From Candidatus Delongbacteria bacterium (GTDB lineage: Bacteria; CAIWAD01): DNA of 64,000 nt. Positions 29,449 to 39,802 of this stretch are shown piece after piece (positions within the stretch are counted from its first letter, which is position 1; the number at the start of each line of letters is the position of its first letter). Below the pieces are notes generated by a model. That model was not told the origin of the DNA. It ran no database searches and saw nothing but the letters and a program-made list of their open reading frames with translations. The translations under genes and the position numbers were made by a program. The stretch spans positions 928,001-992,000 of the forward strand of contig OY760505.1 of assembly GCA_963663545.1 (NCBI GenBank). The letters run 5' to 3'.

Positions 29449-30213
29449 CTATTCGAGGCTGTGCTCCCATTCTTTGGGCAGCTCCAGCTTCTCCAGCGCA
29501 GGTCTCGCGAAGTAGTAGCCCTGAAAAGCACTCACGCCTAGCTTTCGCAAGACGCGCAATTCAGCGCGCGTCTCAACACCAGTGGCAACAACTTCGTACT
29601 CCAGCTCCTTGGCAAGATGTATCACGCTTTCTACAATGCTGTAATTCACACGATTGTGCTGCAAGCTGCGCACTAGGCGCGGGTCAATCTTGACGATGTC
29701 CGGACGGAAAAGGGCCAGCAACTCAAGCCCCCCCAACCCGGCTCAAAAGTTGTCCAGCGCCATTCGGACTCCTTCACTGCGGTAGATGGCAACCATGCGA
29801 TTGGCTCTTTCGGGATCAGCGGCATAATCGTTCTCACTGATCTCGAACACCAGCTGCTGCGGTGTCAACCCCATCTCATCCGCCCAATTGACCGTGCGCT
29901 GCAGACAGCGACCAGCGTCCACCAAGTATTGCGGGGTTACATTCAGGCAAAGACCCCCGCGAAGGCCCAGCGAGCTGGCCGTTCGAATGGCCGCCATGCG
30001 ACCCGCTTGCTCGAAAACCGCCCTGTGTTTCCCCTCCACCAGCTCAAGCACGCTGGCAGCTGACTCGCCGCCGGGTCCACGCACCAATGCTTCCCAGCGA
30101 AGATCACCTCGGTCCTGTTTGGCAATGGGTTGATAGGCGTAACGAAAATCAACGGGCAGAGGGCCACAACAACGATTACAGCCTGAACAAGGCTCGCGCG
30201 TTGGCAGATCCAT
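29449..30213 (-). pseudogene. Stand-alone EAL-domain protein interrupted by an in-frame TGA
   Basis: AYQPI..WEALVRG, LVFEISE, ALDNF-TGA(29743-29745)-AGLGGL..PDIVKID, GVET..E, FQGYYFARP, all in one frame. Confidence 0.8.
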
Positions 30214-30348
30214 GAATTCCTCCTGCATTCGTGTGACACGGTGCCTGAATTCACATCATCCAGTTCAGCTCGCCGCTTGGCAGAGGTTGCAACATGCCAT
30301 TCCTCCCCTCCTGCCTCAAGAAAAAGCATAAAGCTAACAGAATTCTCA

Positions 30349-30401
30349 TTGACCCTTAGTTAACTTATTGACTACTAGTCATATTATTGACCGGCGGTCA
30401 A
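30349..30401 (+). promoter_or_regulatory. Three palindromic operators upstream of the second TetR gene
   Basis: TTGACC-CTT-AGTTAA, TTGACT-ACT-AGTCAT, TTGACC-GGC-GGTCAA at 19-bp period. Confidence 0.8.
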
Positions 30402-30416
30402 ATCATGGAGGATCGC

Positions 30417-31046
30417 GTGGGAACGCAGGAACGTCGCGAGCGAGAACGTGAACAACGGTGCGAGCTCATTTTGCAAAAGGCGCGCGCGCTGATCGGTCGC
30501 AAACGCTTTCAACAAATGACAATGGATCGGCTCGCCAAAGAGTGCGAACTATCAAAGGGCGCGTTGTACTTCTACTTCAAAGGCAAGTATGAAGTGCTGG
30601 GCGCGCTACTGCTGCAATACACCAGCGACCTGGCGACCTCCTTTGCCACCGCGCGCCAGCAGGCGAGCCGTCCGCAGGAAGGCCTGGTTCTCATCGGCAT
30701 AGCCTACAATCGCATCTATGAAGCATGGGCCGATATGATGCCGGAAATCCGCATGCTGGGCAGCATCGAACTGTACTCCAACCTTAGCGAAGAAAGCGCG
30801 CGTGCGCTGAAGGACGCCCAAACGGACAGTTTTCGCGAAGTAGAGGCCTGCGTACAGTCGGGTATTGATTCAGGCGAGTATCACGCAAACACCAATCCGC
30901 TGATGGTGGCCGTGATCCTGGCGGGTGCTTCCATGGGCATCACCGAATTCATCAAGAGAAATCCCTACCTGGCCAGCCTCGACAGCCAAGCAACCATCGA
31001 ACAGGCCTGGAGCTGGGTCATGGCATCCATTGAAAGGAGACACTGA
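30417..31046 (+). CDS. TetR/AcrR family regulator
   Basis: ERRERERE.R..IL..A, TMDRLA.ECELSKGALYFYF.GK; GGAGG RBS before GTG 30417. Confidence 0.9.
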   Translation: MGTQERREREREQRCELILQKARALIGRKRFQQMTMDRLAKECELSKGALYFYFKGKYEVLGALLLQYTSDLATSFATARQQASRPQEGLVLIGIAYNRIYEAWADMMPEIRMLGSIELYSNLSEESARALKDAQTDSFREVEACVQSGIDSGEYHANTNPLMVAVILAGASMGITEFIKRNPYLASLDSQATIEQAWSWVMASIERRH

Positions 31047-33364
31047 TGCGTTGTATCACGATGGTCTGCTCGCTGTCGCTTCTTCTGGTGCGACTGCTCT
31101 TTGGCACTGAAACCGGTCAGCTCACGGGAACGGTGCTGGATGCACGTACGGCGTCCCCGCTGGCGGGAGCCAATGTGCTGTTGCTGGGAACCAAACTTGG
31201 CGCTGCCACAGATCTCAACGGCAGCTTTCTAATCGACAACCTGCCTCTCGGCGTCTATAACCTGGAAGCCCGTATGATGGGCTACGCGCCACAGGTGCGC
31301 ACCGATATTGTGATACGTCCGAAGCACGACAATCCCGTCGAGATTCTACTGGAGGCGACCGAGCTGGCGCTGGATGAAGTTGTCGTACGCCCGGACTACT
31401 TCGCCACACGTACACAGAGTGGAGGTCCGTCCGTAAGCTTCCAGCGCGAGGAAGTGCGACGCGCTCCCGGCAGTGCCGAGGATGTTAGCCGCATCGTGCA
31501 GAACCTGCCCTCAGTGGGCATGGGCATGGGCGATGACCGCAACGATTTGATCGTTCGCGGCGGCAATCCCATGGAAAACCTGATTCTGCTGGACGGCCAT
31601 CCTGTTTCCAACATCGACCACTACAGCACTCAAGGCAGCACCGGCGGACCCATCGGCATGCTGGCCGTCGACATGCTGGATGATGTGCAGTTCTCCGCAG
31701 GTGGTTTTGACACGCGCTACGGTAATCGTCTCTCCTCTGTCATGGATCTGCGCTTCCGCGAGGGGGATCGCGAACACTTGCGCGGCAAGGCCAATCTGAG
31801 CATGGGTGGTGCGGGCGCCACTCTGGAAGGACCGCTATCCGGATCGGGCTCCTGGCTCTTCACCTTTCGTCGCAGCTATCTGGAGCTGTTGAAGAGCCAA
31901 ATCGGCACCGATGGTGTCCCGGTCTACAGTGACCTGAGCGGCAAAGTAATCTGGGAACCGGCGAAGAACTGGACCCTGGGTCTCGTGCTGCTGGGCGGCC
32001 AGAGCCTGATTGAGTGGAGCGCCGACACGGATGACGTGGACGAGGATTCGGCGGATGAGAGTGTGTACGACGAAGTGCGCCGTGTTACAACTGGTCTCAG
32101 CTTGCGTCATGTGACACAAAGTGGAACGGTGGATCACATTCGCTACACATTGAATCACATGCTGCGCGACGATGTGTATTCCACCTGGAACAATAGCCTT
32201 AGCATGAGCAACAATTCCATTGAAGCCATTCATACGCTGGAAGTATCACGGGATGTATTACGCAAGCGCTGGGATTTGCGCATTGGTCTGGGTAGCGAGT
32301 ATGAGGATGACGGTCATCATGTTGTGATTAATCCTTACATCGACGATCTAGGACAAGCGCAGCCGGGTAGTACAACGGATCACGATTTTGACGCGCACTC
32401 CTACTGGAGCTACGGCGACGTCACGCTTCGTCCTTTCAGCGGTACCAGCTTGCGGGCCGGCCTGCGCGCTGACTACTTTGAGGCGATTGATGAGGTGGCT
32501 CTACAGCCGCGTGCCGGACTGCGGCAAGACTTCAGCGACCGCTGGTCCTTCGATCTGACGATCGGCGTCTACGCCCAGAACCTGCCCGGCATCTGGCTCT
32601 CGCAACAGGAAGAGCCTGAACGCATGGAAGCCATGCGCTGCCTGCAGTATCAGTGCGCACTGGAGTACCGTCCACAACCCTGGCTACTGTGTTCTGTTGA
32701 GCCCTACTACCGTAAGTACTCCGATCTGCCCGTGAGCGGCCTGCATCCCGAGATTCCCGTTAACAACCTCATCGGCGGCAGCTTCGGCTTTCCAGAAACA
32801 GGCCAGATGACGACGGGAGGTGAGGGACGCAGCTACGGCGTCGAGTTTCTTGTTCGACGTAAACTGGCAAAGGGCGTGTACGGCATGCTCAGTTACGCCT
32901 GGTCCAAGGCTGAGTACCGCACGCCCAGCAGCGACTGGATCCTTGGCGCTTTTGATCGCCCGCACTCCTTCTCCCTCGTCGGCGGTTGGCTGATCAATAG
33001 CCGCTGGGAGCTCTCGGGTCGGTGGCGCTATTGCAGCGGCGCACCAACTACCCCCCTCGACGAAGAGGCGAGCATCGCCGAAGGCCACACGATTCGCGAT
33101 TATGCGCACTACTTGTCAGAGCGCCTGCCGATGTATCACCGTCTGGATTTGCGCGTGGATCACCGCATTCACGGCAAGCGTTGGGACTGGGTCGTTTACT
33201 TCGATATGCAAAACGTCTACAATCGCAGCAATGTGAATGGCTACTATTTCCGCCGCGAGGCGTTGGAAGGTATGGTGGACGGACAGCCGGTGTACAGCTA
33301 CAAACGCGAAGAGGTTCTGGGCTGGTCTATCATGCCGGTGGGTGGATTCAGTGTGGAATTCTAG
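31046..33364 (+). CDS. TonB-dependent receptor with N-terminal carboxypeptidase-regulatory-like domain
   Basis: GTVLDA.T..PL.GANV, D..R.VQ.LP.V, VRGG.P.EN, GGF...YG.RLSSV, C-terminal aromatic VEF. Confidence 0.92.
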   Translation: MRCITMVCSLSLLLVRLLFGTETGQLTGTVLDARTASPLAGANVLLLGTKLGAATDLNGSFLIDNLPLGVYNLEARMMGYAPQVRTDIVIRPKHDNPVEILLEATELALDEVVVRPDYFATRTQSGGPSVSFQREEVRRAPGSAEDVSRIVQNLPSVGMGMGDDRNDLIVRGGNPMENLILLDGHPVSNIDHYSTQGSTGGPIGMLAVDMLDDVQFSAGGFDTRYGNRLSSVMDLRFREGDREHLRGKANLSMGGAGATLEGPLSGSGSWLFTFRRSYLELLKSQIGTDGVPVYSDLSGKVIWEPAKNWTLGLVLLGGQSLIEWSADTDDVDEDSADESVYDEVRRVTTGLSLRHVTQSGTVDHIRYTLNHMLRDDVYSTWNNSLSMSNNSIEAIHTLEVSRDVLRKRWDLRIGLGSEYEDDGHHVVINPYIDDLGQAQPGSTTDHDFDAHSYWSYGDVTLRPFSGTSLRAGLRADYFEAIDEVALQPRAGLRQDFSDRWSFDLTIGVYAQNLPGIWLSQQEEPERMEAMRCLQYQCALEYRPQPWLLCSVEPYYRKYSDLPVSGLHPEIPVNNLIGGSFGFPETGQMTTGGEGRSYGVEFLVRRKLAKGVYGMLSYAWSKAEYRTPSSDWILGAFDRPHSFSLVGGWLINSRWELSGRWRYCSGAPTTPLDEEASIAEGHTIRDYAHYLSERLPMYHRLDLRVDHRIHGKRWDWVVYFDMQNVYNRSNVNGYYFRREALEGMVDGQPVYSYKREEVLGWSIMPVGGFSVEF

Positions 33365-33393
33365 CGATATCGCATGCAACAGATTTGTATCAC

Positions 33394-33421
33394 GGGGGAG
33401 GCTGCGGCCTCCTCCTGGTTT
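33394..33421 (+). terminator. Probable terminator between convergent genes
   Basis: GGGGGAGGC-TGCG-GCCTCCTCC hairpin. Confidence 0.55.
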
Positions 33422-33854
33422 ACTCGAAGTTTCCCCGTCGCCAGCTATTGAGCAGTGTGGCCAGATCCTGTGCTTTCATTCCATAGGTATCCGGCAGGCG
33501 TAACACAGGCACCTTCCCGTCCCTGTCTTTCAGTCCGGCCGGTATGAACTCCACCAGCCCTTCGCGTCCCTTGCGTCTGGCTGAGAACTCCTGAACCTGA
33601 TCCCAGCTCCAGAATGTATCACGATGCATGAATCGTACGTGAAAGCCCTTCTCCGTGATACGCAGGTGATACAGCGCTGGCAATAGTCGTAGCCCCGTGA
33701 AAAAGAGTACGATGAGCATGAAAGCCAGGCCCAGGCCGCCGATCCAGTGCTGACCACTATCCAGCAGCATGCAAAAGAAGGTGATACCCAGGCCTGCCAG
33801 AATCAGGTTCAGTACTTGCCTGAAGGGGGCTGGATGTAGGATCAGCTCTTTCAT
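33420..33854 (-). CDS. Hypothetical membrane protein (2 TM plus PH-like domain)
   Basis: Two hydrophobic helices then L.I...GF...W..V..F and LPDTYG; GGAG RBS. Confidence 0.6.
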   Translation of the reverse strand: MKELILHPAPFRQVLNLILAGLGITFFCMLLDSGQHWIGGLGLAFMLIVLFFTGLRLLPALYHLRITEKGFHVRFMHRDTFWSWDQVQEFSARRKGREGLVEFIPAGLKDRDGKVPVLRLPDTYGMKAQDLATLLNSWRRGNFE

Positions 33855-33971
33855 TCGGTCTCCAGAAAAAGCGGGACACGGGTGCACCAGTGGTAGCCAA
33901 TGCATAACATCAGCTCAGCGCAGCAGTCGACAGATGCGACTGCTTCCCCTCAGAACCCGTGTCCCCCTTGA

Positions 33972-34316
33972 TTATTCGTAATCGCTTGTTACCAGGCAGA
34001 TGAACTGCAACGCTTCATCGCCTGTATTACGAAACTGATGACGCTCATTGGGCAGAATCAGCAGGTAGTCGCCTTTGCTGATCTTTCGCGGTCCCTCGTC
34101 GCTCATCATCGTGCCCTCGCCTTCAAGAATGTAATTCACATGCTCAAAGGGATGTGCGTGATGCGGCGTGTAACCACCCGGTTGCAAGGTGAATACACGA
34201 AGCGAAAAATTGGGCGCGCCGTCGGCCTTGCCGATAAGCAATTGACGAACAGCATCCTGAACACCATCCATCTGCACCGGGAGTGCAGGTACCTGATTCA
34301 ATTTTCGAATAATCAT
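33972..34316 (-). CDS. Cupin domain protein
   Basis: GAPNF.LR.F.L.PGG.TP.H.H..EH.NYIL.G.G, HQF.NTG. Confidence 0.9.
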   Translation of the reverse strand: MIIRKLNQVPALPVQMDGVQDAVRQLLIGKADGAPNFSLRVFTLQPGGYTPHHAHPFEHVNYILEGEGTMMSDEGPRKISKGDYLLILPNERHQFRNTGDEALQFICLVTSDYE

Positions 34317-34407
34317 GGTTTTACCTCTTAAAACTGCCACAATTGTTCAATACAAAATTTGGACAAAAGCCCGTTGGCGAGCTATTTTATAGCAAACGGG
34401 AGAGTCA

Positions 34408-35451
34408 ATGTACTATCGTGAACTAGACCAAGTACTGAAGACCATTCGACGTCTACCTGTATCGCCGGTCTTTGGAGAGCTTCTGCTTGCGCTGGACGGT
34501 AACGATCACGCACAACTTCGCATTGGCCACAAACTCATTCGCAAAGACCCGCTGCTAGCCATGCACCTCCTACGGACCGCGAATCTTGCCGGACTACCAC
34601 ATGATCAGCGCTGTGTTACAATTTCCAGTGCCACACATTACCTGGGCAGTAGTCTAGCCATGGGAGCCGTACAGCAGGCCTGCCGTACTTGTCAGAACGA
34701 CAAACTGACGGTGGACTGGCTGGAGGAAGAGAACCGACTGCGCGAGCACGCCGTCTGCGTAGCCATTGCCTCACAGGTGTTCGCACGGCATCGCATGCCT
34801 GGTGTTCCCCGCGAGCTGGCATACACGGCCGGTTTGCTGCATGACTGCGGCAAACTAATGGTATTGTACAATCAGGTACGTCGCATGCCGGGACAACCTG
34901 TTGTTGAACCCAAGCTGCAAATCGACCGTGAGCACGAAGAGGAGCGTTGCGGTTTTGATCACAGCATGGCAGGAGCGTGGTTGTGCGCAGAGTGGGCGCT
35001 CCCCTCCATGATTCAGCAAGCCTGTTTGTATCACCATATTCCCGACCGCGCTGCCACTCCATACCAGCCTATCGTTCGCTGCATCTATTTCGGCAACCTG
35101 CTGGCGCATTTGTGCGGCACAAGTTCGGTTAGCGGTGCAAAGGCAGCAGCACATTTGAACGACCACGAGCGCGGCCGCTTGGAGGATATGGTGGAAGAAG
35201 TGCACCTTCTCTTTGGCGAATGCACAAAGCAGACCAAGGAACTGATGAAATACGATCCGCCGTTTTTAGTTGAGATGGCCACAGAGTTTGCAGAATCAGA
35301 CTCAGCTTGTGATACAGATCTGGATCAGCAGGAGATTGATGCAAGAGCGAACCCGTATGCGGATCTAGCTGCAAGGAGATCCCTTTTCGACAATGAAGAG
35401 TTGCCGAAAACTGATAGTTCTCAAGAGGACGATGACACTGCCAGCGAGTAG
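34408..35451 (+). CDS. HDOD domain protein
   Basis: I.KDP.LA..LLR.AN, AYTAGLLHD.GK, E...CGFDH..AG..L...W.LP, YHH.P. Confidence 0.9.
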   Translation: MYYRELDQVLKTIRRLPVSPVFGELLLALDGNDHAQLRIGHKLIRKDPLLAMHLLRTANLAGLPHDQRCVTISSATHYLGSSLAMGAVQQACRTCQNDKLTVDWLEEENRLREHAVCVAIASQVFARHRMPGVPRELAYTAGLLHDCGKLMVLYNQVRRMPGQPVVEPKLQIDREHEEERCGFDHSMAGAWLCAEWALPSMIQQACLYHHIPDRAATPYQPIVRCIYFGNLLAHLCGTSSVSGAKAAAHLNDHERGRLEDMVEEVHLLFGECTKQTKELMKYDPPFLVEMATEFAESDSACDTDLDQQEIDARANPYADLAARRSLFDNEELPKTDSSQEDDDTASE

Positions 35452-35903
35452 AGAAGCCGAAATCCGCGCGCCAGGTAGTTGTCCAGAGCTGCGGGGTGAT
35501 CCTGATCGCATGTGTGCAGCCAGATACGAGTTGCACCCTCCTCGACAAGCCGCTTCAATACACGATGCAACCAGAGTTTACCCAAGCCCTGACCTGTATG
35601 TGATTCCAGAATTCCGAAGTAAACGATCTCGCAAGCTGCTCCGACAAAGCGCACCTCCGCATAGCCGGTAAGTGTATCCATGTGATACGCGCGATAAGTG
35701 CGCACACCTGGCTCCTGAAGCCATTGGGTCCACTGTTCCTGTGACCATTCAGCACGATCGATCCAGGACCAGCGCTCTCCAATCTGGTGATACATTCCGG
35801 CATTGAACTGCGGATCTGCAGGGTGCTCGACCAGGCTGAGGTTGCTAGGGTCGCTTGTAAGGATTTCACCCTCACCGGGAGTCCACACCAGGTAGTGTAT
35901 CAC
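35421..35903 (-). CDS. GNAT family acetyltransferase
   Basis: EIVYFGI....GQGLG, RIWLHTC..DHP.AL.NY.ARGF; GTG start overlapping upstream TGA. Confidence 0.88.
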   Translation of the reverse strand: MIHYLVWTPGEGEILTSDPSNLSLVEHPADPQFNAGMYHQIGERWSWIDRAEWSQEQWTQWLQEPGVRTYRAYHMDTLTGYAEVRFVGAACEIVYFGILESHTGQGLGKLWLHRVLKRLVEEGATRIWLHTCDQDHPAALDNYLARGFRLLYSLAVSSSS

Positions 35904-36751
35904 AAGGCACCTTGTCTCAGCCAGTCGCTGACCGCCTGCGAAAAACCGCTTCCGCAAGCTCCCACTGTTTGGAACCGCTGCCGCAACTCAGTTGGCGCAT
36001 TGCCAACGACATAGGCCTGATCAGCCCACTGTAACAGATCGAGGTCGTTGTAGTCGTTGCCGATGGCCATCAGAGGAAGCTCATTCGATTTTAGTCCCAA
36101 CTCATCAAGAACTTCGCGGCAACCTGCATCCTTGGACACACCATTTGCGAAGACTTCGATCCACAGACTGTCGTGATCCAGCGGACTTGTGGCGCGTATC
36201 ACCTTCAAGTGCATCAGATTATTGCGGACTTCGTGATACAGATCTACTCCGCGATTGGTAATAGCCAGGAGTTGGGTGGCAGATAGCGGTTCCTCTGCTC
36301 GATTGATGGGACGCGCCGTTCGCTGATAGAAGGAAAGGCGACGCAGGAAATCGGTGTTGGCCTGCGGGCGCTGATGAAAACGCAGGTGATGATTGTCCGG
36401 AATTGGATCGTGGATGAAATAATCCAGATCCAAGTGATCCATCACCCTGGTAGCTTCTTCAACCTCTGTTAACGACAGCAGGCGACTATTCATCAGACTC
36501 TGCATGCGCCAGCTCCATGTGCCCGCGCCGGAAGAAAACACCAGATAGTCGATGGGGAACTGATCGTCCATGACGTTGTGGGCCGTGCGCAAATTTCGTC
36601 CTGTGGCTGCGATACGTAAATAGCCCGCGTCGCCCAATTGTCTGAGTGTATCCCGATCCTGCTTGCTGATCTCCCCTTGCTGGTTAAGGATAGTTCCATC
36701 CAGATCCGTGATGACGATGCCCCGGTACTGCGAGCTGCAAGGCTGTGTCAC
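35900..36751 (-). CDS. HAD-IIB (Cof-type) hydrolase
   Basis: TDLDGT, AATGR, VSKD, IGND.NDLDLL. Confidence 0.9.
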   Translation of the reverse strand: MTQPCSSQYRGIVITDLDGTILNQQGEISKQDRDTLRQLGDAGYLRIAATGRNLRTAHNVMDDQFPIDYLVFSSGAGTWSWRMQSLMNSRLLSLTEVEEATRVMDHLDLDYFIHDPIPDNHHLRFHQRPQANTDFLRRLSFYQRTARPINRAEEPLSATQLLAITNRGVDLYHEVRNNLMHLKVIRATSPLDHDSLWIEVFANGVSKDAGCREVLDELGLKSNELPLMAIGNDYNDLDLLQWADQAYVVGNAPTELRQRFQTVGACGSGFSQAVSDWLRQGAL

Positions 36752-37638
36752 GCGCGCTCCTCCAACAGCTCGTAACTGGCCACGGGACTTGAGCAGCGCA
36801 ACATGTCCAGAATGCGTTCAAGTAGAATGCCCTGACGCGGGTCGTGAGAAAAGCCGAAGGTAGCGCGTACTCCCTGGTTGATGAACTGCACGGCCCGATC
36901 CAGCGCAATGGGCAAGCTGTCACCACTTAGCAGACTGCCCATGACAACCGAGGCGAATGTATCACCGGTGCCCGGGTATTCACCGGGAAGAATCTCGCAG
37001 CGCGTCTGCCACAGGCGACCACTGTTACGGTTCCAAGCCAACACACGCGAGGTGCGCGGATCATCCTGGGGCACGCTGGTCAAAATGACGACGCCGGGTC
37101 CCATATCACCAAGACGGAACAGCATCTCCTTGATCTGTTGCAAGCTGTAATCGGCGCGGTACTCCTGCTCCAGCAGCAGACAGGCCTCGGTCAGATTTGG
37201 TGTGATGATATCCGCGTCACACACCAGTCGCTGCATGCCGGCAATAATCTCTGCAGGCAAAATGGAATAGAGCTCGCCCTCGTCCCCCATGACAGGATCA
37301 ACGAGTACCAGCTGACCTTCCTTGCGAAAGTCTGCAATCAATCGCCGTACTACATCTACCTGACGCGGCGATCCAAGAAAACCGGTGTAGATACCCTCGA
37401 ATTCCATTCCAAGCCGCTTCCAGTGGTCGATCATTGGATCGAGATGCTCCGTCAGATCGACCATGTAGGGTGCGGCATACTGGCCGCCACTGGAAAGGAC
37501 TGCGGAAGGCAGCGGGCACACTTGAATGCCCATCGCCGACAGAATGGGAATCACGACCGTAAGGGCCACGCGGCCCACTCCTGAGAGATCGTGCACTGCG
37601 GCCACACGCGGCACGGGCAGACTTTTCATGGGAGTCAT
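36748..37638 (-). CDS. pdxK: Pyridoxal/pyridoxamine kinase
   Basis: HDLSG.GR.AL, YTGFLGS, VDPVMGD.G.LY, ITPNLTEA, YPGTGDTF; AAGGAG RBS. Confidence 0.88.
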   Translation of the reverse strand: MTPMKSLPVPRVAAVHDLSGVGRVALTVVIPILSAMGIQVCPLPSAVLSSGGQYAAPYMVDLTEHLDPMIDHWKRLGMEFEGIYTGFLGSPRQVDVVRRLIADFRKEGQLVLVDPVMGDEGELYSILPAEIIAGMQRLVCDADIITPNLTEACLLLEQEYRADYSLQQIKEMLFRLGDMGPGVVILTSVPQDDPRTSRVLAWNRNSGRLWQTRCEILPGEYPGTGDTFASVVMGSLLSGDSLPIALDRAVQFINQGVRATFGFSHDPRQGILLERILDMLRCSSPVASYELLEERA

Positions 37639-38420
37639 GTGAGCTCCTTTGCTCTCGCGTTCCGCCGCAACCACCATAGCAGCAGAAGACCGGTCAGAAC
37701 CGGCAGCAGGCTCAACCACTGCCCGGCACTGAATGGGGGCAGCGACCAGCTAGCCAGTGATTCCTTGAAATACTCCAGAACAAATCGCAGGGAGAACACC
37801 AAAACGAGCAGCCAGGCCACAACACTGCCTTGCCGCCGTGTCTCACGGTGATACAAATGCCACAAAAAAAGCGCCAGCAACACATATCCCAGGGCTTCGT
37901 AGAGCATTACGGGATGTCGCGCTACGTGATCCACACGCTCAAAGACGATGCCCCAAGGCAGTGTCGTAGGCGTTCCCAGGATCTCGCTGTTAAGGAAGTT
38001 GGCGAAGCGAATCATGGCTGCACCGGGCATCACAACTGCCGCAACCATATCCAGCAAGGTCAACAGGGGAATCTTCTTCCGGCGGGAAAACAGAAGCACC
38101 ACCAGCGATAATCCGAGCAAAGCTCCGTGACTCGCCAACCCGCCGTTGTTCACCAACAGAATGCGAAGCGGCTGCTCCAGGTAATACATGGGGTCATAGA
38201 CCAGACAGTGCAGCAGCCGGGCACCGCCAACACCACCAAGGATCGCATAGACCACCAAATCTGCAGCCCACTCTGTCGGGTATCCGCGGCGCCGCATCAG
38301 CACGCGCATCAGCAACCAACCAGTGAGAAAGGCCAGCATGAAACACACACCGTACCAGCGTATCTCGAGCGAACCAAGGTGCAGGATCACGGGCTCGAAG
38401 GACCAGACCATTTGATTCAT
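37635..38420 (-). CDS. lgt: Prolipoprotein diacylglyceryl transferase
   Basis: IRWYG, GARL.H, GGLASHG, IR.ANF.NSEI.G, RHP..LYE, RF.LEY.KE. Confidence 0.93.
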   Translation of the reverse strand: MNQMVWSFEPVILHLGSLEIRWYGVCFMLAFLTGWLLMRVLMRRRGYPTEWAADLVVYAILGGVGGARLLHCLVYDPMYYLEQPLRILLVNNGGLASHGALLGLSLVVLLFSRRKKIPLLTLLDMVAAVVMPGAAMIRFANFLNSEILGTPTTLPWGIVFERVDHVARHPVMLYEALGYVLLALFLWHLYHRETRRQGSVVAWLLVLVFSLRFVLEYFKESLASWSLPPFSAGQWLSLLPVLTGLLLLWWLRRNARAKELT

Positions 38421-38481
38421 ACCTCTTGAACGAACGACGGCCGGATTTCCCCGGCCGCCGATATCGATCTGTCCACGCGTG

Positions 38482-39666
38482 TTACAGGCAGCTCTTCAGC
38501 ACTCCTGCCAAACGCTCGACGGCCATGCGAATCGTCTCTTCATTGCTCATGGTGAAGTTCAGACGCATGGTCTCAATGCCCTGGGACCTGTCGGTGAAGA
38601 AGTACTTGCCCGGAACAAAGGCCACCTTGTTCTCGATCGCCTTCCAGTAGACGGGGTCGAGGTCCATGCCCTTCGGACCGGCAGCCCAGAAGAACATGCC
38701 GCCCTCAGGACGCGTCCAGGTGAATTCCTGCGGGAAGAAATCGTCGAGCGATGTCAGCATGGCTTCCATGCGCGGACGGTAGAGCTCGATGATCTTGGGC
38801 AGGTGATCCTTCAGATAACCGCCAGCGAGGAATTCGGCTGCCAATGCCTGACTAAAGGAACTGGTGTGCAGGTCGATGCCCTGCTTCGCCAGCACAACCC
38901 ACTTGCGAATCGGCTCTGGTGCAATGCCGAAGCCGACGCGCAGACCGGGCGCAAAGACCTTGGACAGAGTGCCCAGGTAGATCACATGCTCCGGTGCCAG
39001 GGCTTTGATGGGCGGAACAGGATCGCCCTTGAAACGCAGTGCGCTATAGGGATCGTCCTCGATCACAAGCACGTTGTACTGCTGAATGATGCGGGCGATT
39101 TCCTTGCGACGCTCCAGCGAGAGGGTGCGACCCGTTGGATTCTGGAAAGTGGGAATGATGTAGACGAATTTCAGCTTGTGCTGCTTCAGCATCTCTTCGA
39201 GAGCGGAAGGTATCACGCCGTCATCATCGGTGGGCAGTGCGAGGTACTGCGGTTCGTAGGGGTTGAAAGCCGTAATCGCGCCCACGTAGGTAGGAGCTTC
39301 AACAGCAATCTTGTCGCCCTTGGTGATCAGTACCTTGCCCAGCGCATCCAGCATGCTCTGACTACCGCTGGTGACGACGACTTCCTCGGTGTTGGTGTGG
39401 ATGTTCTGCTGTCTCACATACTCCACAAGCTGCTCGCGCAGCGGCTGAAAGCCCTCGGTGACATCGTACTGTAGCGCGCGCGCGCCGTACTTCTCAAAAA
39501 TTTGTGCGGCCAGGTCACGAATGATCGGCAGCGGGAAAGACTGGGGTGCAGGAATGCCGCCAGCCAAAGACACCATGCCGGGCTGTGAGACGACCTTGAG
39601 GATCTCACGTATGGCACTGGCGCTCATGTTCCTGGTTCGATCAGCGAGAAGGTGATCAAAGCTCAT
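38482..39666 (-). CDS. PLP-dependent class I aminotransferase (LysN/2-aminoadipate transaminase-like)
   Basis: SAIREILK, SLAGG.P, PTFQNPTG, IEDDPY, GTLSKVFAPGLRVG, PEGGMF.W. Confidence 0.9.
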   Translation of the reverse strand: MSFDHLLADRTRNMSASAIREILKVVSQPGMVSLAGGIPAPQSFPLPIIRDLAAQIFEKYGARALQYDVTEGFQPLREQLVEYVRQQNIHTNTEEVVVTSGSQSMLDALGKVLITKGDKIAVEAPTYVGAITAFNPYEPQYLALPTDDDGVIPSALEEMLKQHKLKFVYIIPTFQNPTGRTLSLERRKEIARIIQQYNVLVIEDDPYSALRFKGDPVPPIKALAPEHVIYLGTLSKVFAPGLRVGFGIAPEPIRKWVVLAKQGIDLHTSSFSQALAAEFLAGGYLKDHLPKIIELYRPRMEAMLTSLDDFFPQEFTWTRPEGGMFFWAAGPKGMDLDPVYWKAIENKVAFVPGKYFFTDRSQGIETMRLNFTMSNEETIRMAVERLAGVLKSCL

Positions 39667-39802
39667 CTCGTATCTCCAATTGGATGCTCCATGCGCTGCG
39701 GGAGCGCACATCGTTCCGCGGTTTCGTTCAAGCTACCATTCAGCGCGTCACAGCCAAAGAAAAACCTTTGGTTTCCAGCTTTGCTACGCTGCGGTGCATG
39801 TA

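Noticed and set aside
29743..29745. Genome-wide UGA=Gly recoding or selenocysteine at the EAL TGA
   Set aside because: rho, prfA, glnS and others end at TGA at their expected C-termini. The position is a conserved Gly rather than Cys, and I see no convincing SECIS hairpin.
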